64,000 nucleotides of DNA from Opitutia bacterium. GTDB taxonomy: Bacteria; Verrucomicrobiota; Verrucomicrobiia; Opitutales; Opitutaceae. The position numbers were made by a program, and so were the translations under genes. Positions 42,106 through 52,115 of this stretch are shown one piece after another. Every line of letters begins with the position of its first letter. Position 1 is the stretch's first letter. Under the pieces are notes generated by a model. It was not told where the DNA came from. It saw only the letters and a program-made list of their open reading frames with translations, and ran no database searches. The stretch is from the NCBI GenBank assembly GCA_947478395.1, contig CANJVR010000001.1:128001-192000 (forward strand), read 5' to 3'.

Positions 42106-43038
42106 ATGAATCGTTATTTTCGTGAAATCTCAGTCGCCACCGCGCTGGGGATCATCCTGGTGGCGCTCGCGATTTTCGCCCCGGCATTTTACCAGCCGCA
42201 GCCGCTGCTCACCCTGATCACCAGCCAGGTCGCGCCCACCTTGGTCGTCGCCTGCGGCATGGCGCTGGTGATCATCACGCGCCAAATCGACATTTCCGTC
42301 GGCTCAACCTTCGCCATTTGCGGAGTCTGCGGCGGCCTGATGCTGAGTCACGGTTACCCGATCGCCCTCGCGCTGCCCGCTTCGATTTTACTGGGGGCCG
42401 TGATGGGCGCGTTCAACGGCGGCCTCGTCGCTGGTTTGGGGCTGCCCTCGATCGTCGTGACGCTCGCCACAATGGTCACGTGGCGCGAGGCGCTGCGCTG
42501 GTTGCGCGAAGGCGTCTACGTCATCATTGGTTCGGGCGGGCAGTGGTTCGGCCTGAGTCAAAGCGCCGGGCAATGGACCATCATCAGTATCGCGCTCGCG
42601 CTCATGCTACTGCTCGCGCTGGCGATGCGGCATCTCGCCGCGGGCCGATTTGTCTACGCCGTCGGCACCGATGCCGAAGCCGCGCGGCTCGCCGGCATCC
42701 GTCCCCGCTTCGTTACATTTCTCACGTTCGTCTTCATTGGCGCGCTCACGGGCCTGGCGGCGATGATGTCGGCCGTGCAGTCGCCCCAAGTCGATCCGAC
42801 GGCTGGAGCCGGACTCGAGCTGCGGACGATCGCCGCCGTTGTGGTCGGCGGGGTTTCGATCTCCGGCGGACGGGGTAATCTTTGGGGTGTACTCGTCGGA
42901 CTATTGTTGCTCTCAAGCATCAATCCCGCGCTGACGTACCTCGGCGTCTCCGCCTTCTGGGAAAAAGCGATCCAAGGCGCGATCATCCTGCTCGCGGTCG
43001 TGGCCGATGGAGTAAGAAACCGGAAGGGAAACCGCTGA
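42106..43038 (+). CDS. Sugar ABC transporter permease
   Basis: IDISVGS, AARLAGI and IAAVVVGG; start moved to ATG 42106. Confidence 0.9.
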   Translation: MNRYFREISVATALGIILVALAIFAPAFYQPQPLLTLITSQVAPTLVVACGMALVIITRQIDISVGSTFAICGVCGGLMLSHGYPIALALPASILLGAVMGAFNGGLVAGLGLPSIVVTLATMVTWREALRWLREGVYVIIGSGGQWFGLSQSAGQWTIISIALALMLLLALAMRHLAAGRFVYAVGTDAEAARLAGIRPRFVTFLTFVFIGALTGLAAMMSAVQSPQVDPTAGAGLELRTIAAVVVGGVSISGGRGNLWGVLVGLLLLSSINPALTYLGVSAFWEKAIQGAIILLAVVADGVRNRKGNR

Positions 43039-43042
43039 GAGG

Positions 43043-43502
43043 GGGAACGCTAATCTTCGCTAATGAACGCTAATCTCATGAAACCGGAAATCTATAGGGA
43101 GGAGGGATACAAATTCATGGGCGCGGCATTCGAGGTCTACAACGACCGCGGTTACGGTATGGCGGAGGAGATTTACCAAGAGTGCTTGGAGATCGAACTG
43201 GAGCTACGGGCCTTCCCGTTCCATTCCAAACAAGAGCTGGTCAGTTTCTATAAAGGCCGCGAACTCAAGAAGGCGCTACCTGCCCGACCTGTTCGTATTT
43301 GGCTGCCTCGTCGTGGAACTAAAGGCCGTCACTCAATTCACTCCCGACCACGAGGCCCAACTCTACAATTACCTCCGCCTCACGCGTCAGCCCGTCGGGT
43401 ACCTCATCAACTTCGGACACAAGGACGCCCTCGAATGGAAGCGTCTCATCCTCTCCGAGTTCATTCCGTCATCAGCGCAGATTAGCGCAGATTAGCGTTC
43501 CC
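43043..43502 (+). mobile_element. Putative mobile cassette: GxxExxY gene bounded by about 32-bp inverted repeats of 10-nt-periodic CGCTAAT units
   Basis: Left GGGAACGCTAATCTTCGCTAATGAACGCTAAT; reverse complement of the right arm GGGAACGCTAATCTGCGCTAATCTGCGCTGAT. Confidence 0.7.
43078..43495 (+). pseudogene. GxxExxY protein (PD-(D/E)XK nuclease-like) with a +1 frameshift near 43273
   Basis: GMAEEIY motif. Removing one G restores ...ELKKRYLPDLFVFGCLVVELKAV...QLYNYL...GYLINFG, 138 aa. Confidence 0.85.
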
Positions 43503-43503
43503 A

Positions 43504-44559
43504 ATGTCTTCTCCTCCCCAAGCCCGCGATTGGAAAGCCCTGCTCCTCCGCCATGAGTTACTGCTCCTCTACGTGCTGATCGGCGAGTGGCTGTTTTTCT
43601 ATTTCCGCGGCACGACCACCAACTTCAGCGGCCAGACCGTCGGCTTCGGCACGGCCGGCGCGCAAATCGACATCCTCCGGCACTCCTGCGAAATCGGGCT
43701 GCTCGCGCTCGTGATGACACCCGTGATTCTCACCGGCGGCATCGACCTCTCGGTCGGTTCGCTCATGGGCCTGAGCGCCGTGGTCTTCGGTAAACTCTGG
43801 CGCGACGCCGGCGTGCCGATCCCAGCGGCCATCGCGGCGACGCTCGCCCTCGGGGCTCTCGCCGGAGGACTCAACGCCACCCTGATCACTTGGCTGCGTT
43901 TACCCCCGCTTATCGTCACGCTCGGGACGTTTTCACTCTTCCGCGGTTTGGCCGAAGCGATCACGCATGGCGCCGACACGTTCACCGGTTTTCCCGCGGG
44001 ATTTCAAGCGATCGGGCAGGAAAACTGGTTCGGGCTGCCCGCGCAGTTACTCGTTTTCGTCGTCGTCGCGCTCGCCGTTTGGCTGCTCGTGCATCGTACC
44101 ACGCTAGGCCGCTCTTTCCGCGCCATCGGATATTCACCGGAAGGCGCGCGTTACGCCGGTCTGCCGGTGGCACGCCGGCTCGCAACCGTTTATGTCCTGG
44201 CCGGCCTCGGCGCTGCGCTCGCGGGCTTGGTCTTCACCGCGCGGCTCAACCAAGCGGGCGCCAACACGGGTACCGGCTACGAGCTGTTCGCGATCACCGC
44301 GGTCGTGCTCGGCGGAACGAGTATCTTCGGCGGGAACGGCGGCGTGCACGGCACGTTGCTGGGCTGGGCGGCCGTCGCGGTATTGAGCGACAGCCTGCCT
44401 TACGTGGATTGGCCGCGCGAGGTCGGCGGGATGCTCACGGGCCTCATGCTCATCGTTGCCCTCTCCGCCGGCGTGCTGCCTAAATTCTTGTCAGCTTGGC
44501 GCGCCCGCCGCCACACTCTTTCACCCTCAGCAATCCCTCCAACCTCCCCCGCCCCATGA
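43504..44559 (+). CDS. Second sugar ABC transporter permease
   Basis: GGIDLSVGS, PPLIVTLG and ITAVVLGGTSIFGG. Confidence 0.9.
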   Translation: MSSPPQARDWKALLLRHELLLLYVLIGEWLFFYFRGTTTNFSGQTVGFGTAGAQIDILRHSCEIGLLALVMTPVILTGGIDLSVGSLMGLSAVVFGKLWRDAGVPIPAAIAATLALGALAGGLNATLITWLRLPPLIVTLGTFSLFRGLAEAITHGADTFTGFPAGFQAIGQENWFGLPAQLLVFVVVALAVWLLVHRTTLGRSFRAIGYSPEGARYAGLPVARRLATVYVLAGLGAALAGLVFTARLNQAGANTGTGYELFAITAVVLGGTSIFGGNGGVHGTLLGWAAVAVLSDSLPYVDWPREVGGMLTGLMLIVALSAGVLPKFLSAWRARRHTLSPSAIPPTSPAP

Positions 44560-45557
44560 AACGTCTCCTCCTCCTTTCCCTGGTCTCGGCCAGTTTGATT
44601 CTTTCCGGCTGCGGAAAGAAAGATGCCGCCAGCGCCGGCGCCCCTGCCGGCGCCAAGAAACTCACCGTCGCGATGCTGCCCAAATCGAAGGGCAACGCCT
44701 ATTTCCTCTCGGCCGCCAAGGGCGCGCAAAAAACCGCCGATGCGCTGGGCGATGCCCTGCTCTTCGACGGCCCCACGCAGACCGATCCCGCGAAACAAAA
44801 TGAAATCGTCGAGGGCTGGATCAACAAAGGCGTCGACGCGATCGCCGTCGCCGCGGAAGACAAAGCCGCGTTGTCCACCGCACTCCGTAAGGCCCAGCTC
44901 AAGGGCATCAAGGTTGTCAGCTTCGATGCCGACGTGCAGGCCGACGCCCGGACGTTCTTCGTGAACCAAGCCACGCCCCAAGGCATCGGCTCAACCCTGA
45001 TGGACGAAGCGGCGCGCCTCGTCGGTAGCGAGGGCGAATTCGCGATCATCACCGCATCGCTCACCGCCGCGAATCAGAACGAGTGGAAAAAGTACATCGA
45101 CGAGCGCCTGAAGAATTACCCGAAGATGAAGCTCGTCGGCTTCCGCCCCTGCGACGACGACAAGGCCAAGGCCCAGGCCGAAGCCACGACGTTGATGAGC
45201 GCGAACCCCAACTTGAAACTCATCATGGCCATCTGCTCGCCTGGCGTCCCCGGCGCGGCCGAAGCCGTCAAACAGGCCGGCAAGTCTGGCAAGGTAAAGG
45301 TCATCGGCCTCGGTCTGCCCAACGAAAACAAAACCTACGTCCACGAGGGCGTAACCGATAGCGTCATCCTCTGGAACACCGAGGAACTGGGCTCGCTCGC
45401 GGTCTACGCCGCGGACGCACTCGCCAAGGGCACGCTGAAGGCCGGCGACAAAACGTTTACCGTCGGTGGCAAAACCTACGAAATTTCCGGTGACAACATC
45501 ATGCTCGGAAAACCGTTCATCTTTAACAAAGCCAACATCGACCAGTTTAATTTCTGA
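44556..45557 (+). CDS. Sugar ABC substrate-binding lipoprotein (rhamnose/RhaS-like)
   Basis: Lipobox LSGC, PKSKGNAYF, NQNEW and GLGLP; ATGA overlap with the permease. Confidence 0.85.
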   Translation: MKRLLLLSLVSASLILSGCGKKDAASAGAPAGAKKLTVAMLPKSKGNAYFLSAAKGAQKTADALGDALLFDGPTQTDPAKQNEIVEGWINKGVDAIAVAAEDKAALSTALRKAQLKGIKVVSFDADVQADARTFFVNQATPQGIGSTLMDEAARLVGSEGEFAIITASLTAANQNEWKKYIDERLKNYPKMKLVGFRPCDDDKAKAQAEATTLMSANPNLKLIMAICSPGVPGAAEAVKQAGKSGKVKVIGLGLPNENKTYVHEGVTDSVILWNTEELGSLAVYAADALAKGTLKAGDKTFTVGGKTYEISGDNIMLGKPFIFNKANIDQFNF

Positions 45558-45583
45558 GTCGGAAGTTTCGGCTTACGCCGTTG

Positions 45584-45614
45584 CGCCGCACCTATACGGT
45601 GCGGCGTTTTTTTT
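45584..45614 (+). terminator. Intrinsic terminator
   Basis: CGCCGCACC-TATAC-GGTGCGGCG followed by T8. Confidence 0.85.
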
Positions 45615-45695
45615 GAGTCACGCGGAGATCCAACTCGCGCCGGAGATTTCGGAGCGCGGTCCCGCCAAGACGGGACTCGCGCTGCCTGGTGCCAC

Positions 45696-47063
45696 TCAGG
45701 CCTTGGCGAATACCTGATCGAGCTTGCCTGAGCTATCGCCGATTTTTTCGGTCTTCACGCCGCCGAAATCGAGGACCGAGCGGTAAAGATTCGAGAGGGG
45801 CGTCAGGCGCTCGACTTGAACGTGCTGGCCGGACTTCACGGCGCCACCGCCGCCGCCCGCGAGGAGAATGGGGAGATCCTCGACGCTGTGGGCGTTGGGA
45901 TTGCTCAGGCCACTGCCGTATTGAATCATGCAGTTATCAAGGACGGTGCCGTCGCCTTCCTTGATGGCCTTCAAACGGTCGAGGAAACGGGCGAACTGCG
46001 TGGTGTGGTAACGATTAATCTGCGCGAGTTTATTTTTCTTCTCCGCGTCGTTGCGGTGATGCGAAAGGTCGTGGTGGCCTTCGCGAATTCCGATCACCGG
46101 ATACGGCCGGTTGCTGCCATCGTGCGAGATGACAAACGTCGCGATGCGGGTCGAATCCGTCTGGAAAGCCAGCGCCAGCACGTCGTACATGAGCTGCATC
46201 TGTTGCTCAAAATTCTCGACCATTTCAGGCGCTTCGGCCCCAGCCGGAGGCTTGGGGGTCGGAAACTGCGCGGCACGCGCGATCCGGGTTTCAAGGTCAC
46301 GCACGGCCGTCAAATATTCGTCGAGCTTGCGACGGTCAGCGACGTCGAGCCGTTTTTCCAAACGGTGCGCATCGTCGAGCACGTAATCGAGAACGCTCTT
46401 GCGATACAGGGACCGGCGCACGCTCGCCTCCAGCGTTGCCGCTGGGTCGCCGCTGCCGAACAGGCGCTCAAACGCCGAACGCGGATTTACCTCGGGGTTC
46501 ATCGGCTGCGTCTCGGTTTTCCACGACATGTTGAACTGATAAACGCAACTGTAGCCTGAATCACACGAGCCCGCGCGCTGGCCGGCGTCGCAACTGAGCT
46601 CGAGCGATGGCAGCCGGGTCTGATCGCCGATCTGGCCGGCCGCAATCTGGTCCACCGAAACACCTGCCTTGATGTCGGCGCCCGCCGTCTTGCGCGGGTG
46701 CACGCCGGTGAGAAAAGACGCCGCCGCACGCGCGTGGCCGCCACCACCATCACCGAGCGCCTCGCCCATCGCGTTTTGCAGCCCGCTGATCACCGTGAGT
46801 TTCTCACGATGTGCCTCGAGCGGCTTAAGAATCATCGGCATCTCATAGCTCGCTCCGGTGGTCGCCGGCGTCCAGTCCGCCATGTTGGCGCCGTTCGGCA
46901 CGTAGACCCACGCCATGCGTTTCGGATAAACTTTCGGCGCGGCCGCGGCCGCGCCGAACACGCGCGCCGGGAACATCGAGTCGAGCATCGGCAACGCGAC
47001 CGCGGTGCCGAGTCCACGGAGAAAAGTACGGCGCGGAACTTGAAACGAAGGGAGGGTGCTCAT
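45696..47063 (-). CDS. DUF1552 family protein with Tat-like leader
   Basis: RRTFLRGLG, YVPNG, SVDQ, CDSGYSC, LAFQTDSTRIAT and HHDLSHH. Confidence 0.85.
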   Translation of the reverse strand: MSTLPSFQVPRRTFLRGLGTAVALPMLDSMFPARVFGAAAAAPKVYPKRMAWVYVPNGANMADWTPATTGASYEMPMILKPLEAHREKLTVISGLQNAMGEALGDGGGGHARAAASFLTGVHPRKTAGADIKAGVSVDQIAAGQIGDQTRLPSLELSCDAGQRAGSCDSGYSCVYQFNMSWKTETQPMNPEVNPRSAFERLFGSGDPAATLEASVRRSLYRKSVLDYVLDDAHRLEKRLDVADRRKLDEYLTAVRDLETRIARAAQFPTPKPPAGAEAPEMVENFEQQMQLMYDVLALAFQTDSTRIATFVISHDGSNRPYPVIGIREGHHDLSHHRNDAEKKNKLAQINRYHTTQFARFLDRLKAIKEGDGTVLDNCMIQYGSGLSNPNAHSVEDLPILLAGGGGGAVKSGQHVQVERLTPLSNLYRSVLDFGGVKTEKIGDSSGKLDQVFAKA

Positions 47064-47176
47064 GGGAAACGTGGGTTTTCTAGCGATTTATCTTAAAAGG
47101 GTCCAAACTGACTTATCCTGGCGAGGTGCCGAAGAGCGACTCGCCATGACGAACAATGGAAGCGCGAAACGTTGAA

Positions 47177-50083
47177 TTATTGCGCGGCGAGCGAAGTCTT
47201 TTCGGGCGTGCCGCGTTGCATCTGAAACGGAAAACTATCGGTCACGGCGAGCACGAGACTGGAGAACTTATCCTGGCCCTGCTCCATCGACTTTACGATT
47301 TTCTCCAGCGCCGGGCGGTCGTAGACTTCGGTGCCGCGGCCCAAGGCGTAGGTCAGCATCTTTTCGGCGAGGCATTGGCGGAATTCCTTTTGACGTTTAG
47401 TGGCCAGCACCGAAACGAGTTCCCCGGCGCCCGCGAAGACATCGCCGGTCGTAAGCTTACCGGCGGGATCGATCGCCGCTTCGCCATCTTTTTCGCGGTA
47501 AGCTCCGATGGCGTTGAAATTCTCCAGCCCAAACCCGATCGGGTCCATGCGCGCATGGCACGAGGCACAAACCGCGTTGGCGCGGTGCTGTTCCATTTGC
47601 TGACGCAGCGTGCCGGCGAGCTTGCGTTCCTTGTCGTCCAGTTCCGGCACATTCGGCGGCGGCGGTGGCGGCGGCGTACCGAGCAGGTTATCGAGCACCC
47701 ACTTGCCCCGCTTTACCGGCGACGTGCGCGTGGGATTAGAAGTCAACGTCAGCACGCTCGCTTGCGTGAGCACGCCGCGACGCGGGGTGCCGGCGAGCGA
47801 AACCTTGCGAAATTCATCCCCGTTCATCTCCGGCAAACCGTAGAACTTGGCCAGGCGGGAATTCACGAAAGTGTAATCGCCCGTGAGGAAATCGAAAACG
47901 CTACGATCTTCGCGCATCACGTTTTCGAAAAACAGCTCAGTTTCACGCTGCATCGCGATCCGGAGCGGCGGGTCAAATTCCGGGAAAAGCTTCTTGTCCG
48001 GCTGGAAGGTTTCGAGATTGCGAGTCTGCAACCACTGGCCGGCAAAATTTTCGACGAGCGCGCTGGCTTTGGGCGAAGCCAGCATGCGCTTGACCTGGGC
48101 GGAGAGGTTGGCGCGCAGCTGCCCGCGTTCCGCGAGATTCAACAACTCGTCGTCGGGCATTGAACTCCAAAGGAAATACGAAAGGCGAGACGCGAGAGCC
48201 ATGTCTTGCAGAGGGCGCGGCTCTTTCGAAGCAACCACGGGCGTCCGAGTTTCACCCAGAAAGAGAAAATGGGGCGAAACGAGCACGGCTTTCATCGCGA
48301 GTTTTACGCCCGCTTCGAAACTGTCGCCCTGTTGGCGCGCCAGATCGTAGAGTTTCATCAGTCGGTCCAGCTCCGTTGGCTCGACCGGACCGCGCCAGGC
48401 GCGGCGCGAGAATTCCGCCAAAATATTGCGGGCGTTTTCCGCCGGCGTGGCGGCTTTGGCTTCGTTCCCCGCGAGGCGAGCGAGCAAGCCGGGCTTGGCG
48501 GCCGGCGCGCTGCGCTTCACGAAAAGATCGCGCACAGGATCCGGCATGGGCGGAATCAATACCGACTCGCCGAGCTGGGAAACTTCAAGGTGCTGCACGA
48601 TCAAATTCCGATCGCGCAAATTCGGGTTCTTGTTTTCCAGGTCCTCAAAATCGTTGGTGAAGGCCGCCGCGAAGCGGTGCGAGCCCGCGGGCAGCTTGGC
48701 GCGGTACTCGTAAACGTAAGGCTGCGGTACGAGCAGCGAGAGGGAAAACACGCGCTGCCCGGGTATGGGCTGCATGGTGGCGGACCCAATCACTTCGAAC
48801 GTCTTGACGGGCTTGCCGTCGACGCGGAATTCCATCTTCGCCGTCTCCGGACCGGCCTGTTGCGCGTAGGCCTGTGCGCGCAGAATGACCTCGGTCTCGC
48901 GCGGCAATTCGAACGCGGTCGCGACTTCGCCTTCCTTTTTGAGCAGGCGTTCACCGGCGGGCGTGAAGCGACCTTCACCCGTGACCTCAATTTTGTCGGC
49001 GGGATAACGGCGCGTGGCGGACTGCAACGGACCTTCGATCTCGAGCCATTTCACAAAAACGATCCCCGGCTGTTGTTTGCCGAGGCGACCGTTGAGCATG
49101 GTGAGCTCATTGTCGCCGCCATGGATGCGGCCCACCGAGGCGCGGAAATATTGGCGCCCAGTTGGCACGCTCACGCGCGCTTCGTAAACGCCGGGATGGG
49201 CTTCATCGCGCGTCAGGTCGAAAGATTGAACAAACGCATCGTTTACCAGGATCGAAATTTTTGTCGGACCTGGGTCTTCTTTGTTTTCCACTTTTTTCTC
49301 GCTGCCCTGGCCCGCCAAGGCACCGCCGTCCTTGGTCGAAAACGCCTGCACGCGCACGAGGTATTCACCGCCGACCACGTTGAGTGGCACGGCCACGTCG
49401 TCTTCCTCAAGACTGATAAGTTGAACCCAACCATCACCCCGATCGCCGACGGCGTTGAAACCGATCTCCGCCATGCTGGCCGGGATGTGCTTTAGCTGCG
49501 TCTTGATCGGATCGGTGACGATGGCCTGGTCGAGAATCTTGTCCGCCGCCGCGAGGTATTTTTCCAACAGCACGGGCGGTAGGGAAAGCACGTCGCCGAT
49601 GTTGTCGAAACCATAGCCGGAATCATCCGGCGGGAAATCGCTCGCGGTCCTGAAATCCACGCCGACGAGATCGCGAATGGTGGCGTTGTATTCCGCGCGG
49701 TTGATCCGGCGCAGGGTGACCTTGCCCGGATCGGGACGAGCGGGATCAAAATGGTATAGCTCCTTCTCCAGCCAACTGGTGATGACATCGCGTTCCGCTT
49801 GCGTGGGGAACAAGTCCGTGTCCCCGGTCGGGGGCATGTCCTGCGAGCGCACGTTGCGCAACACCGCTTCCCATGTCGCCTTCTTTTGGCTCACATCGGC
49901 CGCACTTTTGGTTTCGTCGAGTGCGATTTTGCCTTTGTGCGCTCCGTCGCCATGGCAGTCGTAACAGTACTTCTGCAGCAGCGGAACCACATCGTGGTCG
50001 AACGTGGTTTCTTTCGCTGGGGCGACCGTCGTCGCGGCGCGGGCGACGGCGGCAACGGCAAGGGCGGCGATGAGTGGACGCAT
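47177..50083 (-). CDS. DUF1587/1592/1588/1585-type (PSD) protein with two CxxCH motifs
   Basis: CYDCH, LRRINRAEY, ASRLSYFLWSSMPD, RTSPVKRGKWVL, CASCH and YALGRG. Confidence 0.87.
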   Translation of the reverse strand: MRPLIAALAVAAVARAATTVAPAKETTFDHDVVPLLQKYCYDCHGDGAHKGKIALDETKSAADVSQKKATWEAVLRNVRSQDMPPTGDTDLFPTQAERDVITSWLEKELYHFDPARPDPGKVTLRRINRAEYNATIRDLVGVDFRTASDFPPDDSGYGFDNIGDVLSLPPVLLEKYLAAADKILDQAIVTDPIKTQLKHIPASMAEIGFNAVGDRGDGWVQLISLEEDDVAVPLNVVGGEYLVRVQAFSTKDGGALAGQGSEKKVENKEDPGPTKISILVNDAFVQSFDLTRDEAHPGVYEARVSVPTGRQYFRASVGRIHGGDNELTMLNGRLGKQQPGIVFVKWLEIEGPLQSATRRYPADKIEVTGEGRFTPAGERLLKKEGEVATAFELPRETEVILRAQAYAQQAGPETAKMEFRVDGKPVKTFEVIGSATMQPIPGQRVFSLSLLVPQPYVYEYRAKLPAGSHRFAAAFTNDFEDLENKNPNLRDRNLIVQHLEVSQLGESVLIPPMPDPVRDLFVKRSAPAAKPGLLARLAGNEAKAATPAENARNILAEFSRRAWRGPVEPTELDRLMKLYDLARQQGDSFEAGVKLAMKAVLVSPHFLFLGETRTPVVASKEPRPLQDMALASRLSYFLWSSMPDDELLNLAERGQLRANLSAQVKRMLASPKASALVENFAGQWLQTRNLETFQPDKKLFPEFDPPLRIAMQRETELFFENVMREDRSVFDFLTGDYTFVNSRLAKFYGLPEMNGDEFRKVSLAGTPRRGVLTQASVLTLTSNPTRTSPVKRGKWVLDNLLGTPPPPPPPNVPELDDKERKLAGTLRQQMEQHRANAVCASCHARMDPIGFGLENFNAIGAYREKDGEAAIDPAGKLTTGDVFAGAGELVSVLATKRQKEFRQCLAEKMLTYALGRGTEVYDRPALEKIVKSMEQGQDKFSSLVLAVTDSFPFQMQRGTPEKTSLAAQ

Positions 50084-50088
50084 GAAAA

Positions 50089-51066
50089 TTAGTTTTTAAG
50101 GAAACCACGGTCACCGAGCCATTCGGTGAAACGGCTGGACCAGCCGGTGACGGCCATGTCGCGTTGACGCACGCCGAACCCGTGGCCGCCGCTGTTGTAG
50201 ATGTGGAGTTCGGCGTTAACGCCGGCCTTGTGCAGCACGGTCAGAAAAGCAGCCATGGCTTCCGGCATACTATCGTCGTAAGCGCAGCAGAGAAAACAGG
50301 GCGGGATATTATCCTTTTTGATCTCGGCATCGTAGCGCGTGAAGCCGCCGGTGTAGATCGGGGCGAAGAAATCGGGGCGTGAGGACTGACGCTCCACCAG
50401 ATCGGCGGAGTCGGGCTTGCCGGCATCGTGGCGCATCGCCGCGGCGAGCGTAACGCCACCACCGGCCGAGAAACCGAGAATGCCAACGCGGTCGGGCTTG
50501 ACGCCCCACTCGGTCGCCCGGGCGCGCACTAGGCGGATCGCCCGGTGCGCATCTTCTGCCGCCATTTCCTGAGTGTAGGGCTGCGGCTTGTCCGCCGGAT
50601 TCGAAAGATCGCGCACCAGCCGATACTTCAGAACAAACGCCGCGATGCCGCGATCCGCCAGCATGCGGGCAAAGTCGTAGCCTTCGCGATCGATCGTGTG
50701 AAACCAGTTACCGCCGCCGGGAGCGATGATGACCGCCGCGCCGGTCGCCTTACCCTTTGCCGGGATAAACGGGGTGATCGAGGGATTGTTGATGTTAGAG
50801 ATAACCGCGAAAACGATTTCCTTTTCCTGACGGTAGCTGACGTGCTCCGGCTCGTCTTTGCGTGCTTCGAAACCAGGTGCACCTTTGGGCCAGAGCGGAA
50901 CGGGCGCAGGATGGGCCGACTCCGACGGAGGGACGGTTGGAAAAGCCGGACCGCCAGCCGTGATGTTCATTGGAGCCGGAGGAACGACTTTCGGCGCCGG
51001 CATTTCAGCGGCAAAAGCGGTTATTCCAGCGAACATGAATGGGGCAATAAAGCGAAGCGAGGTCAT
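50089..51066 (-). CDS. Exported alpha/beta hydrolase (carbohydrate esterase-like)
   Basis: PGGG, GFSAGG nucleophile motif and GGHGFG. Confidence 0.85.
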   Translation of the reverse strand: MTSLRFIAPFMFAGITAFAAEMPAPKVVPPAPMNITAGGPAFPTVPPSESAHPAPVPLWPKGAPGFEARKDEPEHVSYRQEKEIVFAVISNINNPSITPFIPAKGKATGAAVIIAPGGGNWFHTIDREGYDFARMLADRGIAAFVLKYRLVRDLSNPADKPQPYTQEMAAEDAHRAIRLVRARATEWGVKPDRVGILGFSAGGGVTLAAAMRHDAGKPDSADLVERQSSRPDFFAPIYTGGFTRYDAEIKKDNIPPCFLCCAYDDSMPEAMAAFLTVLHKAGVNAELHIYNSGGHGFGVRQRDMAVTGWSSRFTEWLGDRGFLKN

Positions 51067-51132
51067 GGGGTCAGGGGATGGGTGAAGCAGGGAAACAAGG
51101 CGCGAAAAATTGGCAAACGGGAGGAATAAATA

Positions 51133-52026
51133 TTAGGGCGTGGCAGCGCCAAGGAATTTTTGTTGGAAAAGAAATTCCCGGAAGCGATCCGGCCAGCCGG
51201 CCAGGGGCATTTTGCTGTTCGGCTTCAGCGTCTCTCTAATCCCGAAACCGTGTCCGACCCCCGCGTAGACATGAAGGTCGCACTGCACGCCGACCTGCTT
51301 GAACAAGGCGTAAACCTTGGGCACGCCCTCGGAAATATCAGGCCGGTCATTATATCCGCAGGCAAAAAACGTCGGCGGCGACTCTTTCGTCGGAATGATC
51401 AGAGCCGATTTCCCGGGGTAAACCAGCCCCTCGAAATCGATTTTTGTGCCAGAGCGTTCGATGAGGTCAGCCGAATCAGCGACGCCAGCCTGCGGATGCA
51501 TCATGACTTGAGCAATGATCTCACCGCCGGCCGAGAATCCGATCATGCCGATGGCCGACGGATTAAGGCCCCACTCCTGGGCGCGGCTGCGCACCAGCCG
51601 AACCGCGCGCTGACCGTCGGCGACACCGTGCACGTCCCATTTATAAGGTTGAGGCGTGCCAGCGGGATTCGATTCGTCGTTACCGAGACGATGACGCAAA
51701 ACGAACGCTGCGACGCCGCGGTCGGCGAGCCACTGGGCCACATCGTCGCCTTCGTTAGCTAAAGTTAGAAAACGATGACCGCCGCCCGGCACGACGATGA
51801 CACCGCACCCCGTCGCCGTCCCTTTCGCGGGCAGGTAAACCGTGAGCGACGGATGGTGAATATTGCTCAGCCCGCCATTGGCGTTGCGTTTTTCAGGCTC
51901 ATCCTTGCGCGCTTCGGAACCCGGCGCACCCGCCGTCCAGAGCGGAATGAGCGGATGCGAATCGGCGCCAGCTAGGCGCGCAAAGGCCAAAACGACGGGC
52001 ACTAGAAAACGGAACGGTAGCTTCAT
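51133..52026 (-). CDS. Paralogous exported alpha/beta hydrolase
   Basis: PGGG, GFSAGG and GHGFG. Confidence 0.85.
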   Translation of the reverse strand: MKLPFRFLVPVVLAFARLAGADSHPLIPLWTAGAPGSEARKDEPEKRNANGGLSNIHHPSLTVYLPAKGTATGCGVIVVPGGGHRFLTLANEGDDVAQWLADRGVAAFVLRHRLGNDESNPAGTPQPYKWDVHGVADGQRAVRLVRSRAQEWGLNPSAIGMIGFSAGGEIIAQVMMHPQAGVADSADLIERSGTKIDFEGLVYPGKSALIIPTKESPPTFFACGYNDRPDISEGVPKVYALFKQVGVQCDLHVYAGVGHGFGIRETLKPNSKMPLAGWPDRFREFLFQQKFLGAATP

Positions 52027-52115
52027 GGGGGAGAGACGGGGGGTGAAATCGACGACCGAGACCCCTTACTCATGCCCACAAGCCCGCGCAAAGAAACGGG
52101 CCGGAAACTGGACGG

